Positions 1 through 7,664 of a DNA stretch of 32,000 nt are shown piece by piece. The translations under genes and the position numbers were made by a program. Position 1 is the stretch's first letter. Each line of letters opens with the position of its first letter. The stretch is from positions 1,230,001-1,262,000 of the forward strand of contig NZ_LN831039.1 of assembly GCF_001457595.1 (NCBI RefSeq), given 5' to 3'. Source of the DNA: Mycolicibacterium smegmatis. Its GTDB lineage: Bacteria; Actinomycetota; Actinomycetes; Mycobacteriales; Mycobacteriaceae. Below the pieces are notes generated by a model. It searched no databases, was not told the origin of the DNA, and saw nothing but the letters and a program-made list of their open reading frames with translations.

Positions 1-961
1 GGGCGAGTTCCCGAACTTGAAGCAGGACATTTTGTACGACTCGGTTGAGGCCGACCCGAACTTGTCGATCTTCAACAACCAGGACCTGCGGAAGGCCTTG
101 GAGCAGGCGTACTCGGACGCTCCGTGGGCTGATCTGGACCGCCTGATGGACGAGGTTCGTGATCCTCGCGTTACGGCGGCGGAGTCAATCCGGTTCTACT
201 TGAACGGCCTGGCCCTGTTGGAGGACTCCTGGGTGGACCCGAGGGCTTGGGACACTCTGTCGCGGCCGGATGAGGTTGTGGCGGACCGGGAACAGATCAC
301 GATGTTCTTGGACTGTTCGAAGTCTGGTGACGCCACAGGCCTTGTGGGTGTCCGTGTTTCGGATGGCTTCACGTTCGTCTTGGGTGTGTGGCAGCCCCCG
401 AAGGGCGGCCGGAACCACGGATGGCTCGCTCCCCGTGAAGAGGTTGATGCGGCGGTCCGTGAGGCGTTCGACCGGTACCGGGTGATGTGGTTTGGGGTGG
501 ACCCGTCACCGGCCACCGACGACGAGACTGAGGCCCTGTACTGGGCGGATCTGGTGGACGCCTGGCACCGCGATTTTCACAACAAGGTGAAGTTGTGGGC
601 CACGCCGGGACAGGCCACAGGCCACGCCGTGAAGTTCGACATGCGGCTGTCTCAGCCCCGGGCTTATGAGCGGATGAAGGCGTTCACGGAGATGGCCGAG
701 TTGTGCGCCCAATGGGTGGACGACGAACAGATTTTGATTCACGACGGCAACCCGGCTTTGCGGCTGCACGTCCACAACGCGAGGCGACGCCAGAACAAGT
801 GGGGTGTCTCGCTCGGCAAGGAGTCCCGCGACTCGAAGAAGCACGTTGACCTGGCCGTCTGCCTGGTGGGTGCCCAGTTGGGTAGGCGATTCATTTTGAA
901 CAACACGAAAGTCCGCACGGGCGGTGCGGTGAGGAAGAGGAAAGTGTCGGTGCTCAATTGA
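1..961 (+). CDS. terL: Phage terminase large subunit, C-terminal part (5' end outside window)
   Basis: Frame is open to the window edge (GEFPNLKQDILYDSVEAD...). Nuclease-like region (MFLDCSKSGDATGLVGVRV, HFDMRLSQPRAYE) and position directly before portal. Confidence 0.85.
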   Translation, partial: GEFPNLKQDILYDSVEADPNLSIFNNQDLRKALEQAYSDAPWADLDRLMDEVRDPRVTAAESIRFYLNGLALLEDSWVDPRAWDTLSRPDEVVADREQITMFLDCSKSGDATGLVGVRVSDGFTFVLGVWQPPKGGRNHGWLAPREEVDAAVREAFDRYRVMWFGVDPSPATDDETEALYWADLVDAWHRDFHNKVKLWATPGQATGHAVKFDMRLSQPRAYERMKAFTEMAELCAQWVDDEQILIHDGNPALRLHVHNARRRQNKWGVSLGKESRDSKKHVDLAVCLVGAQLGRRFILNNTKVRTGGAVRKRKVSVLN

Positions 962-2397
962 CGCTTGCGCTCAACATTCCCGGACTGTCCCCGGCTGACC
1001 GTGACACGTTGCACCAGTTGGTGCAGCAGCTGGAGAACAAGCGGGCCCGGAACGCTCTGCGGTCCCAGTATTACGACGGGAAGGCCCTTTTCAAGGATTT
1101 GGGCATCTCGACCCCGCCGAAGTTCCGCAACTTTGAGGCCGTCTTGGGGTGGCCCGCGAAGGCTGTGGATTCGCTGTCTCGCCGCTGCATCCTGGAGGGG
1201 TTTGTCATCCCCGGCCAGTCCTCGCAGGACCTAGGCATCGAGGACATGTGGTTCGACAACGCCTTGGACATCGAGGTGCCGCAGGCCCACGATTCGGCGT
1301 TCATCCACTCCTGTGCGTTCGTGACCACCATCCGTGGCGACGTCCGTTCCGGTGAGCCCGAGGTCCTGATCATGGTCCGGGACGCCTTCAACGCGACCGG
1401 CCTGTGGAACCCGCGTAGGCGTGGCTTCGACGCCGGCCTGTCGATTGTGGAGCGGGACAAAGAGGGGGCCCCGCTGTACATCATCATGTACCTGCCGGAA
1501 AAGGTGCTGATCCTGACCCGCGACTACCTGGGTGGACCGTGGCGGATTGCTCAGCGGCCCAATCCTCTTGGTCGCGTGCCGATGGAGCCGATCACGTACC
1601 GGCCGCGTCTGGGGTATCCGTTCGGGAAGTCCCGGATCACCCGCCCGGTCATGTACATCACGGACGCGGCGATCCGCACCGTGGTCCGCAGCGAGATCGG
1701 TGCCGAGTTCTTCACGGCCCCGCAGCGGTACGGCTTGAACATCCCGGAGGATGCGTTCGCCAATGGTGGCTGGAACGCCCTCATGGGCCGGTTCCTGGCC
1801 CTGGAGCCTCCGTCGCCGGATGAAGAGGTTGACCCGAATTTCAAACCCGAGGTGGGTCAGTTCCCGCAGATGACGATGCAGCCGCATTCGGAACAGCTTC
1901 GCCAGTGGGCTGCCTTGTTCGCGGCGGAGACTTCGATCCCGGTGTCCTCGCTGGGTGTGGTGCAGGACAACCCGTCTTCGGCGGAGGCTTTGTATGCCTC
2001 CAAGGAGGAGATGGTGATCGAGGCGGAGTCGGCGACGCGGGTGTTCGGGATCGGCTGGTGCCGTGCGATGCGGAACGCCTTGATGGTGCGGGACAACACG
2101 TCTGAGTTGTCGGACGAGTACCGCAAGTTGCGGGCCAAGTGGCGGAACCCCTCGACTCCGTCGCAGGCTGCCGCTGCGGACGCGGTCACGAAGCAGTTGT
2201 CGGTGTTGCCGTGGATGGCCGAGAGCGAAGTGGTGCTGGAGCAGCTGGGCTATGACCGCACGGACATCGACCGGCTGGTTGCGGATCGTCGCCGGTCCAC
2301 TGTCTCGAACATCCTGAACGTCATCCAGAACCGGGCGAACCAGCAGGCAACCCCTGAACCGACTGCCCAGCAGGAGAGTTCCGAACCAACGGAGTAA
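958..2397 (+). CDS. Phage portal protein
   Basis: 479 aa, TTG start overlapping terL stop; order terL-portal-MuF-scaffold-capsid; portal-like sequence (MEPITYRPRLGYPFGKSRITRPVMYITDAAIRTVVRSEIGAEFFTAPQRYGL). Confidence 0.88.
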   Translation: MTLALNIPGLSPADRDTLHQLVQQLENKRARNALRSQYYDGKALFKDLGISTPPKFRNFEAVLGWPAKAVDSLSRRCILEGFVIPGQSSQDLGIEDMWFDNALDIEVPQAHDSAFIHSCAFVTTIRGDVRSGEPEVLIMVRDAFNATGLWNPRRRGFDAGLSIVERDKEGAPLYIIMYLPEKVLILTRDYLGGPWRIAQRPNPLGRVPMEPITYRPRLGYPFGKSRITRPVMYITDAAIRTVVRSEIGAEFFTAPQRYGLNIPEDAFANGGWNALMGRFLALEPPSPDEEVDPNFKPEVGQFPQMTMQPHSEQLRQWAALFAAETSIPVSSLGVVQDNPSSAEALYASKEEMVIEAESATRVFGIGWCRAMRNALMVRDNTSELSDEYRKLRAKWRNPSTPSQAAAADAVTKQLSVLPWMAESEVVLEQLGYDRTDIDRLVADRRRSTVSNILNVIQNRANQQATPEPTAQQESSEPTE

Positions 2398-2400
2398 GCC

Positions 2401-3090
2401 GTGGCAGTTTCGTCGGCTGAACGCAGATTCCTTTTGAGCCAGGTGAATTCACTGGCGACGGAGGACTTGGACCGCTTGTGGTCCCAGGCCGTACAGAGGT
2501 CCGATGTGGACTTCCAGCGGTTCCTGATGGACGCCTACCCGGACCTTCTGGACCCCTACATCCAGATGTCTGCCGATTTGGCCGCCACATGGTTTGAGTT
2601 GTCTGATCCGTCCTCGAATTACGTGGCGAGAACGGCCCCACCGCCTCCGCGGGAGAAGTTTCGGGTGTCGGTGGACTGGGCGCTTGGGGCGTTGGGTTCG
2701 GAGGGCCTGAAGCGACTGAGGGCCACCACTCAGAGGGCAGTGTTCGACGGGGCGAGGAACACCACCTTGTTGAATGTGGACCTCACCGACTCGACCTGGG
2801 CCCGGGTTGCCCACGCTGGGGCTTGCGAGTTCTGCAAGCTGCTGGCCACCCGCCGCAACGTGTACACGTCCCGCGAGACAGCGGCCCGAGATGTTCACAA
2901 CGACTGCATCTGCCACCCCATTGAGGTACGGGGGCAGCAGGATTGGCGGGATCTGGTCGACGCCCGCTACGCGGAGCAGATCGACCAGTGGGAGAGGGAG
3001 TACCTCAAGGCACGAGCTGAGGCCGGCAACGGCAGCTCGACCCAGATTCTTGCCGCTTGGAGGCGGCTTGATGCCGGTAACGCGACGTAA
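2401..3090 (+). CDS. MuF-like minor capsid protein / capsid maturation protein
   Basis: 229 aa, GTG start; MuF-type motif WARVAHAGACEFCKLLATRRNVYTSRETAARDVHNDCICHPIEV; position between portal and scaffold. Confidence 0.75.
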   Translation: MAVSSAERRFLLSQVNSLATEDLDRLWSQAVQRSDVDFQRFLMDAYPDLLDPYIQMSADLAATWFELSDPSSNYVARTAPPPPREKFRVSVDWALGALGSEGLKRLRATTQRAVFDGARNTTLLNVDLTDSTWARVAHAGACEFCKLLATRRNVYTSRETAARDVHNDCICHPIEVRGQQDWRDLVDARYAEQIDQWEREYLKARAEAGNGSSTQILAAWRRLDAGNAT

Positions 3091-3131
3091 CCGGCGATTT
3101 CTAAAACCTTTCGCGATGGAGGAATTTCTGA

Positions 3132-3614
3132 ATGGCTGACGAAGCCACTGTTGATACCCCGAATGCTGAAAATGCTGAAACCAGGAGCGATTCCGAGGTT
3201 CTAGGGGAAGGCGGGAAGAAGGCACTGGAGGCGGAGCGTCGACGTGCCAATGCTGCCGAGAAGTCTCTGAAGGAGCTTCAGCAGCGTCTTGACGCCATGG
3301 AGGCCGAAAAGCTCTCCAAGGAGGAGCGTGCGGTCAAGGAACGGGACGAGGCCCTGAAAGAGGTCGAAGCCCTTCGCGCACAGGCAATCCGGTATCGGGT
3401 TGCGTCCAAGTTCAAGATTTCCGATGAAGATGCCGATCTGTTCCTGACCGGCACCGACGAGGAAACACTCACCCGCCAAGCACAGCGACTGGCTGAACGA
3501 GAGACCGCCACTGACGGTCTTTTCGTCCCCGGCGAAGGCCGTCAGCCCAGCGCACCGGCGCTGAACAGCGATGACCTCGAAGTCTCGCTGAAAGCAAAGC
3601 TCGGCATCCAGTAA
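3132..3614 (+). CDS. Capsid scaffolding protein
   Basis: 160 aa, acidic/coiled-coil N-terminus typical of scaffolds, immediately upstream of capsid gene; RBS GGAGG upstream. Confidence 0.8.
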   Translation: MADEATVDTPNAENAETRSDSEVLGEGGKKALEAERRRANAAEKSLKELQQRLDAMEAEKLSKEERAVKERDEALKEVEALRAQAIRYRVASKFKISDEDADLFLTGTDEETLTRQAQRLAERETATDGLFVPGEGRQPSAPALNSDDLEVSLKAKLGIQ

Positions 3615-3645
3615 GGGTGCCTTCCAACCCTTTTAAGGAGTAGAA

Positions 3646-4548
3646 GTGGCTCAGGCCGATCCTACTGTTAGGGGCGATTTCTCCGGGTTCCTCCGTCCTG
3701 AAATCGCTGACCGTTATTTCGATGAGGCCCGCAAGCGCTCGACCGTGATGCAGCTGGCCCGTCGCGTCCCCCTGGGCATCAATGGCCAGGAGATCCCGGT
3801 TTCGACCGCCAAGGCACAGGCTGCCTGGGTCTCTGAGGGCAACACCAAGCCCACCACGGAGTCTGCCCAGACCCTGAAGACCATCGCGCCGAAGAAGCTC
3901 GCCGCGATCTCGGTGGTTTCCGCTGAGGTGGTCCGCGCCAACCCGGGCAACTACATGGAGGTCCTCCGCGAGGACATCGCCGAGGCGTTCGCCGTGGCGT
4001 TCGACAACGCGGCCCTGCATGGCACCAGCACCCCGTTCGGTGCGTACATCGATCAGACCGACAAGACGGTTGAGCTGGGCACCGCGACCCAGAACTCAGG
4101 TGGCGTGTACGCCGACCTGGTGTCGGGCATGTCCCTGCTGGTGAACGACGGCAAGAAGCTGCGTGGCTTCGCCCTGGACGCGGTTGCTGAACCCGTCCTG
4201 CTGGGTGCGACCGACAACACCGGTCGTCCGCTGTTCGTGGAGACCCCGCTGGCGGACACCACGTCGGCCATCGTTCCGGGCCGCCTCCTGGGCCGCCCCG
4301 CCTACCTCGGTGACAGCGTTGCCTCCGGTGACACCGTCGCCTACGGCGGCGACTGGAGCCAGGTTGTGTGGGGTGCCGTTGGTGGCATCTCCTTCAAGGT
4401 CTCGACCGAGGCTGCCGTGACGATCAACGGCGCTCTGGTTTCTCTCTTCGAGAAGAACCTGGTCGCGATCCTCGCTGAAGCGGAATACGGCTTGCTCATC
4501 AACGATGTGGACGCCTTCTGCCGCTACACGGTCGACAACGGCTCCTAA
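3646..4548 (+). CDS. Major capsid protein (HK97-like fold expected)
   Basis: 300 aa, GTG start after AAGGAG; typical capsid sequence (ITYRF-like order, LARRVPLGINGQEIPVSTAKAQAAWVSEGNTKPTTE..., VVRANPGNYMEVLREDIAEAFAVAFDNAALHG). Confidence 0.9.
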   Translation: MAQADPTVRGDFSGFLRPEIADRYFDEARKRSTVMQLARRVPLGINGQEIPVSTAKAQAAWVSEGNTKPTTESAQTLKTIAPKKLAAISVVSAEVVRANPGNYMEVLREDIAEAFAVAFDNAALHGTSTPFGAYIDQTDKTVELGTATQNSGGVYADLVSGMSLLVNDGKKLRGFALDAVAEPVLLGATDNTGRPLFVETPLADTTSAIVPGRLLGRPAYLGDSVASGDTVAYGGDWSQVVWGAVGGISFKVSTEAAVTINGALVSLFEKNLVAILAEAEYGLLINDVDAFCRYTVDNGS

Positions 4549-4567
4549 GAGATCGAGGAGGTGACCC

Positions 4568-4945
4568 GTGGCTGTCTCAATCACGTACGACGACCTGTCC
4601 GTCTTCGCGCCCTCACTCGATGAGGAGAAGGCAGAGGCAATGATTGCCGATGCGCTGGCGATGGCAGCCCGGGTCGCCCCCTGCATCCTGGAGGACGACC
4701 TCACTGATGCCGAGGAAGCGGCGGTGAAAGCCATTCTGCGGGGAGCGATTCTCCGCTGGAACGACCAGGGAACCAGCCAGGCTCCGCAGCTTGTCGCTGG
4801 GCCGTTCCAATACATTCCCCGGTCCGCTCCCCGTCGTTCCCTCCTGTTGCCGTCCGAGATCCGTGAACTGTCCAAGATCTGTGGGCAAACATCCACCAGG
4901 TCGGCGTTCACGGTGGACATGATCCCCGAAGATGAGGATGAATGA
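4568..4945 (+). CDS. Head-to-tail connector (Gp19-like)
   Basis: 125 aa, GTG start after GAGGAGG; sequence YDDLSVFAPSLDEEKAEAMIADALAMAARVAPCILE... and position after capsid. Confidence 0.75.
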   Translation: MAVSITYDDLSVFAPSLDEEKAEAMIADALAMAARVAPCILEDDLTDAEEAAVKAILRGAILRWNDQGTSQAPQLVAGPFQYIPRSAPRRSLLLPSEIRELSKICGQTSTRSAFTVDMIPEDEDE

Positions 4946-5280
4946 CCTTCCCTACGCCTTACACGGTTCGGAGGGCGGCGTTCAACGGGACGGGACAAGA
5001 CGACCTCGGCAATGATGTCGAGACCTGGGGAACACCCACAAGTGTCCCAGTTATCTGCTGGTACGCCAGCATGATCGAGAACACCGCCGGATACACATCC
5101 CGCGTCGTGTCAGACATCGATCTCCTTGCGGGGCCCGATGTTTCGATGACCGTCCGGGACCGCATCTATCTCCCTGGCGATGCCACACCTTACGAGATCG
5201 TGGAGATCCAACCGTACAACAACGGGTTCCACCAGTGGCAGCCGGGGAGCGTGGTCAAGCTGAAGAAGGTGACCGGCTGA
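4942..5280 (+). CDS. Head-to-tail stopper
   Basis: 112 aa, overlaps previous gene by 4 nt; small beta-rich protein (RDRIYLPGDATPYEIVEIQPYNNGFHQWQPGSVVKLKKV). Confidence 0.7.
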   Translation: MTFPTPYTVRRAAFNGTGQDDLGNDVETWGTPTSVPVICWYASMIENTAGYTSRVVSDIDLLAGPDVSMTVRDRIYLPGDATPYEIVEIQPYNNGFHQWQPGSVVKLKKVTG

Positions 5281-5555
5281 TGGCCCGCAAGGCAAGCCTG
5301 AAGTTCAACAAGAAGGCCTGGGACGCCCTTGTGAAAGAGGTCGTTGAGACCGAAGGTGTTGAACGGATGCAGCGGGTGGCGGACGCCTGCAACAACCACA
5401 TTGAGACCGATGGCTACAAGGTGTCGGTCGAGGGTGATGATCCACTGGACAAGCGGGACTACCGCGCCACGGTCATCACCTCGGATGTTGAGGCGATTCT
5501 CGACAATCAACGGAACAACACTCTTGTGTCCGAGTTCCACCAGGCGGGTGGTTGA
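5280..5555 (+). CDS. Head-tail connector, HK97 gp10-like
   Basis: ATG at 5280 overlapping preceding TGA; MARKASLKFNKKAWDALVKEVVETEGVERMQRVADACN; tracked ORF start 5235 is probably too early. Confidence 0.65.
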   Translation: MARKASLKFNKKAWDALVKEVVETEGVERMQRVADACNNHIETDGYKVSVEGDDPLDKRDYRATVITSDVEAILDNQRNNTLVSEFHQAGG

Positions 5556-5947
5556 TCATGACCGCCCCCGGCGTATTTCCGTACGCCCCCAAAGTTGTTC
5601 GGACCTACCTGGTTGATCGGCTCGGTGCCGATGTCCGGGTGGCCACGAAAGTTCCCGCGAACCGTCCCGCAAAGCTGGTGACCATCACCATGGTGCCGGC
5701 CGGGGATTCCGGGAACCTGGCTCTGTCGCCGCGACGGCTGATAATCCATTGCTATTCCGCCAGTGAAGATGAGGCTGGCGAGCTGGCCGAGATGGTGTTC
5801 TCGCACCTTCGGGCAGCGAGGTATGTGACGGGTAGTGGGCTACGCGATGTGTCCATCTTAGGAACCCCGGCGCTGTTTCCTGATCCCGATGACTCCACTC
5901 CCCGGTTCCAGATGACCGTGGATGTGTTGCTTCGGGCTGCTGTCTAG
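5552..5947 (+). CDS. Tail terminator
   Basis: 131 aa, 4-nt overlap with preceding gene, positioned directly before major tail protein; APGVFPYAPKVVRTYLVDRLGADVRVATKVP. Confidence 0.75.
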   Translation: MIMTAPGVFPYAPKVVRTYLVDRLGADVRVATKVPANRPAKLVTITMVPAGDSGNLALSPRRLIIHCYSASEDEAGELAEMVFSHLRAARYVTGSGLRDVSILGTPALFPDPDDSTPRFQMTVDVLLRAAV

Positions 5948-6015
5948 AACAGCTCTCTCTCAACCCATTTCCCTCATATGGGCTGGCTGCTATCTGCCCT
6001 CATTGGAGTATTTAA

Positions 6016-6606
6016 ATGGCTTCTGACAACAAGAATGTCTATGCCGCAGAGCCGTTGGCGACCGGTTCGTGCCTCGTGGCCCCTCTGGGCACCGAAGGCC
6101 CGACTTCGGCCACCGAGGAGCTCGATCCCGCCTTCGTGGACCTCGGTCACGTCGGCGAGGACGGTTTCACGGAAACCGCTGAACGGTCTGTGGACAAGAA
6201 GAAGAACTTCGGCGGCAAGACCGTCAAGATCCTTCAGACCGACTACACCCACACCTTCAGCTTCACGCTGTTGGAGTCCCTGAACGCTGATGTGCTGAAG
6301 GCGATTTACGGTGAGGACAACGTCACCGTGACCGCGGCCAACGCTATGCACGGCGTCCAGATCGAGGTGAAGAAGAACTCCCGCAAGCTGCCGCATATGT
6401 CGTGGGTCATCGACACCACGGACTCGGAGCTGAATGCGTTCTACCGCAACTACATTCCAGACGGCCAGATCATCTCGGTTGGCGATGTGACCATCGTTCA
6501 CACCGACACGATCATGTACGAGGTTGAGCTGGAAGCGTTTGAGGACGCCTCGGGTAACCACGTGTACACCTACACCGACAACGGCCAGGTGGACGACGGC
6601 TCGTAA
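6016..6606 (+). CDS. Major tail protein
   Basis: 196 aa; MASDNKNVYAAEPLATGSCLVAPLGTEGPTSATEELDPAFVDLGHVGEDGFTETAERS is typical of mycobacteriophage major tail subunits; RBS TTGGAG. Confidence 0.88.
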   Translation: MASDNKNVYAAEPLATGSCLVAPLGTEGPTSATEELDPAFVDLGHVGEDGFTETAERSVDKKKNFGGKTVKILQTDYTHTFSFTLLESLNADVLKAIYGEDNVTVTAANAMHGVQIEVKKNSRKLPHMSWVIDTTDSELNAFYRNYIPDGQIISVGDVTIVHTDTIMYEVELEAFEDASGNHVYTYTDNGQVDDGS

Positions 6607-6617
6607 GCCGTAAAACT

Positions 6618-6685
6618 CGCGGGGGAGGTTAATCGCAACCCCTGTGCAGCCAGCCGCGATCCTCCCCCGCGCCCCTGGCTGCACA
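6618..6685 (+). promoter_or_regulatory. Two interleaved perfect 11-bp inverted repeats (A-B-A'-B' order)
   Basis: CGCGGGGGAGG 6618-6628 pairs with CCTCCCCCGCG 6661-6671; TGTGCAGCCAG 6643-6653 pairs with CTGGCTGCACA 6675-6685. Lies between major tail protein stop and chaperone G start. Structure is read from sequence; function is unknown. Confidence 0.7.
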
Positions 6686-6711
6686 TCCCATCCGAAAGGC
6701 TGGCTGCGTTC

Positions 6712-6990
6712 ATGGATAAATTCGAGTACACCGTTGAGGTCCCCTCGGAGGACGGCGATTCCGTCTCAGAGGTGACGTTCCAGTTCAAGCCCATCAAGAT
6801 GTTGCCGGTCGGCATTCTTCGCAAGCACCGCCGCGACGTTGAGGGCCAAATGTGGGCCACATTCGAGTGGGGCCTCTCACCTGAACAGCTGGAGCTGTTC
6901 GACCGTCTCCCCGCCAGCAAGTTCCGGGAGATCCTGAACGCCTGGCAGGCCTCGGGTGACGACAAGGATGAAACTTCCGAAGAGGAGTAG
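6712..6990 (+). CDS. Tail assembly chaperone (G-like)
   Basis: 92 aa; VSEVTFQFKPIKMLPVGILRKHRRDVEGQMWATFEWGLSPEQLELFDRLPASKFREILNAWQ; located between major tail protein and T-like ORF/tape measure. Confidence 0.82.
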   Translation: MDKFEYTVEVPSEDGDSVSEVTFQFKPIKMLPVGILRKHRRDVEGQMWATFEWGLSPEQLELFDRLPASKFREILNAWQASGDDKDETSEEE

Positions 6991-7002
6991 GCCCTGTTCC
7001 GG

Positions 7003-7662
7003 GTGAAGACCCGCTGCGGGCCAGTGGAGTTCGAGCCCCTGGCGCTGGTGCCGGTGAAGACCATTCAGACCGCACTGGCGAAACCGGAGGACGAACGGTT
7101 CTGGTTCTTATTGGAGACGCTGGCCCGCCCACTGGACGTTATTGACTCCCTCTACGTTTCGGAGGTCCGGGACCTTGTGGCCCGGTGGGAGTCGGACTCC
7201 GGTATCCAGATGGGGGAGTTGTTCCGCATCAACTTGATGATCAGGCGTCACAGCGAGGCCTTGGAGGCGGACCTGATCGACAAGGGTCTCCGCCTTCGTA
7301 ACTGCCCCACTGAGGATTTCAACTGGCACGACTTGAAGGTGATCATCCGGTATCTGCCGGTGACCTCGAACTTGTACTCCGAAATGTTCCCCGACAGGGC
7401 TGGGTGGACGAAGGAAGCCATGCTCACAGCTAGCGTGGCCGACTCGCTGCACTGGCTCCAGTGGGCGAAGACAAAAGACGGAGCGAAGGGCCGCAACCGT
7501 CCGAAACCTATTCCGCGGCCTGGCGTTACCCCGCCGCGGCGTGAGGGCTCGAACCCGAAGGCTGTACCGCTGTCCGTCATCAAAAAGACATTCGCCGACC
7601 GGTCGAAGAGAAATAAAGACCGGGGCAAGGCATTGCAGAGCATTTTCGCCGGGAAGGGATAA
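7003..7662 (+). CDS. Tail assembly chaperone (T-like)
   Basis: 219 aa, GTG start inferred; HSEALEADLIDKGLRLRNCPTEDFNWHDLKVIIRYLPVTSNLY is characteristic of the downstream tail chaperone ORF; directly precedes tape measure. Same frame as G. Confidence 0.8.
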   Translation: MKTRCGPVEFEPLALVPVKTIQTALAKPEDERFWFLLETLARPLDVIDSLYVSEVRDLVARWESDSGIQMGELFRINLMIRRHSEALEADLIDKGLRLRNCPTEDFNWHDLKVIIRYLPVTSNLYSEMFPDRAGWTKEAMLTASVADSLHWLQWAKTKDGAKGRNRPKPIPRPGVTPPRREGSNPKAVPLSVIKKTFADRSKRNKDRGKALQSIFAGKG

Positions 7663-7664
7663 CC

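Noticed and set aside
5946-5990. Small inverted repeats upstream of the major tail protein (GCTGT-CTAGA-ACAGC; CCCA...TGGG)
   Set aside because: Arms of only 4-5 bp and no U-tract are within chance expectation. Only the GGCTGGCTGC recurrence was kept as a finding.
6990-7145. -1 frame continuation after chaperone G as a frameshift product
   Set aside because: The -1 frame product (GPVPGEDPLRASGVRAPGAGAGED...) lacks the conserved T-chaperone sequence, which is instead in the zero frame. No convincing slippery heptamer was seen near 6960-6990.
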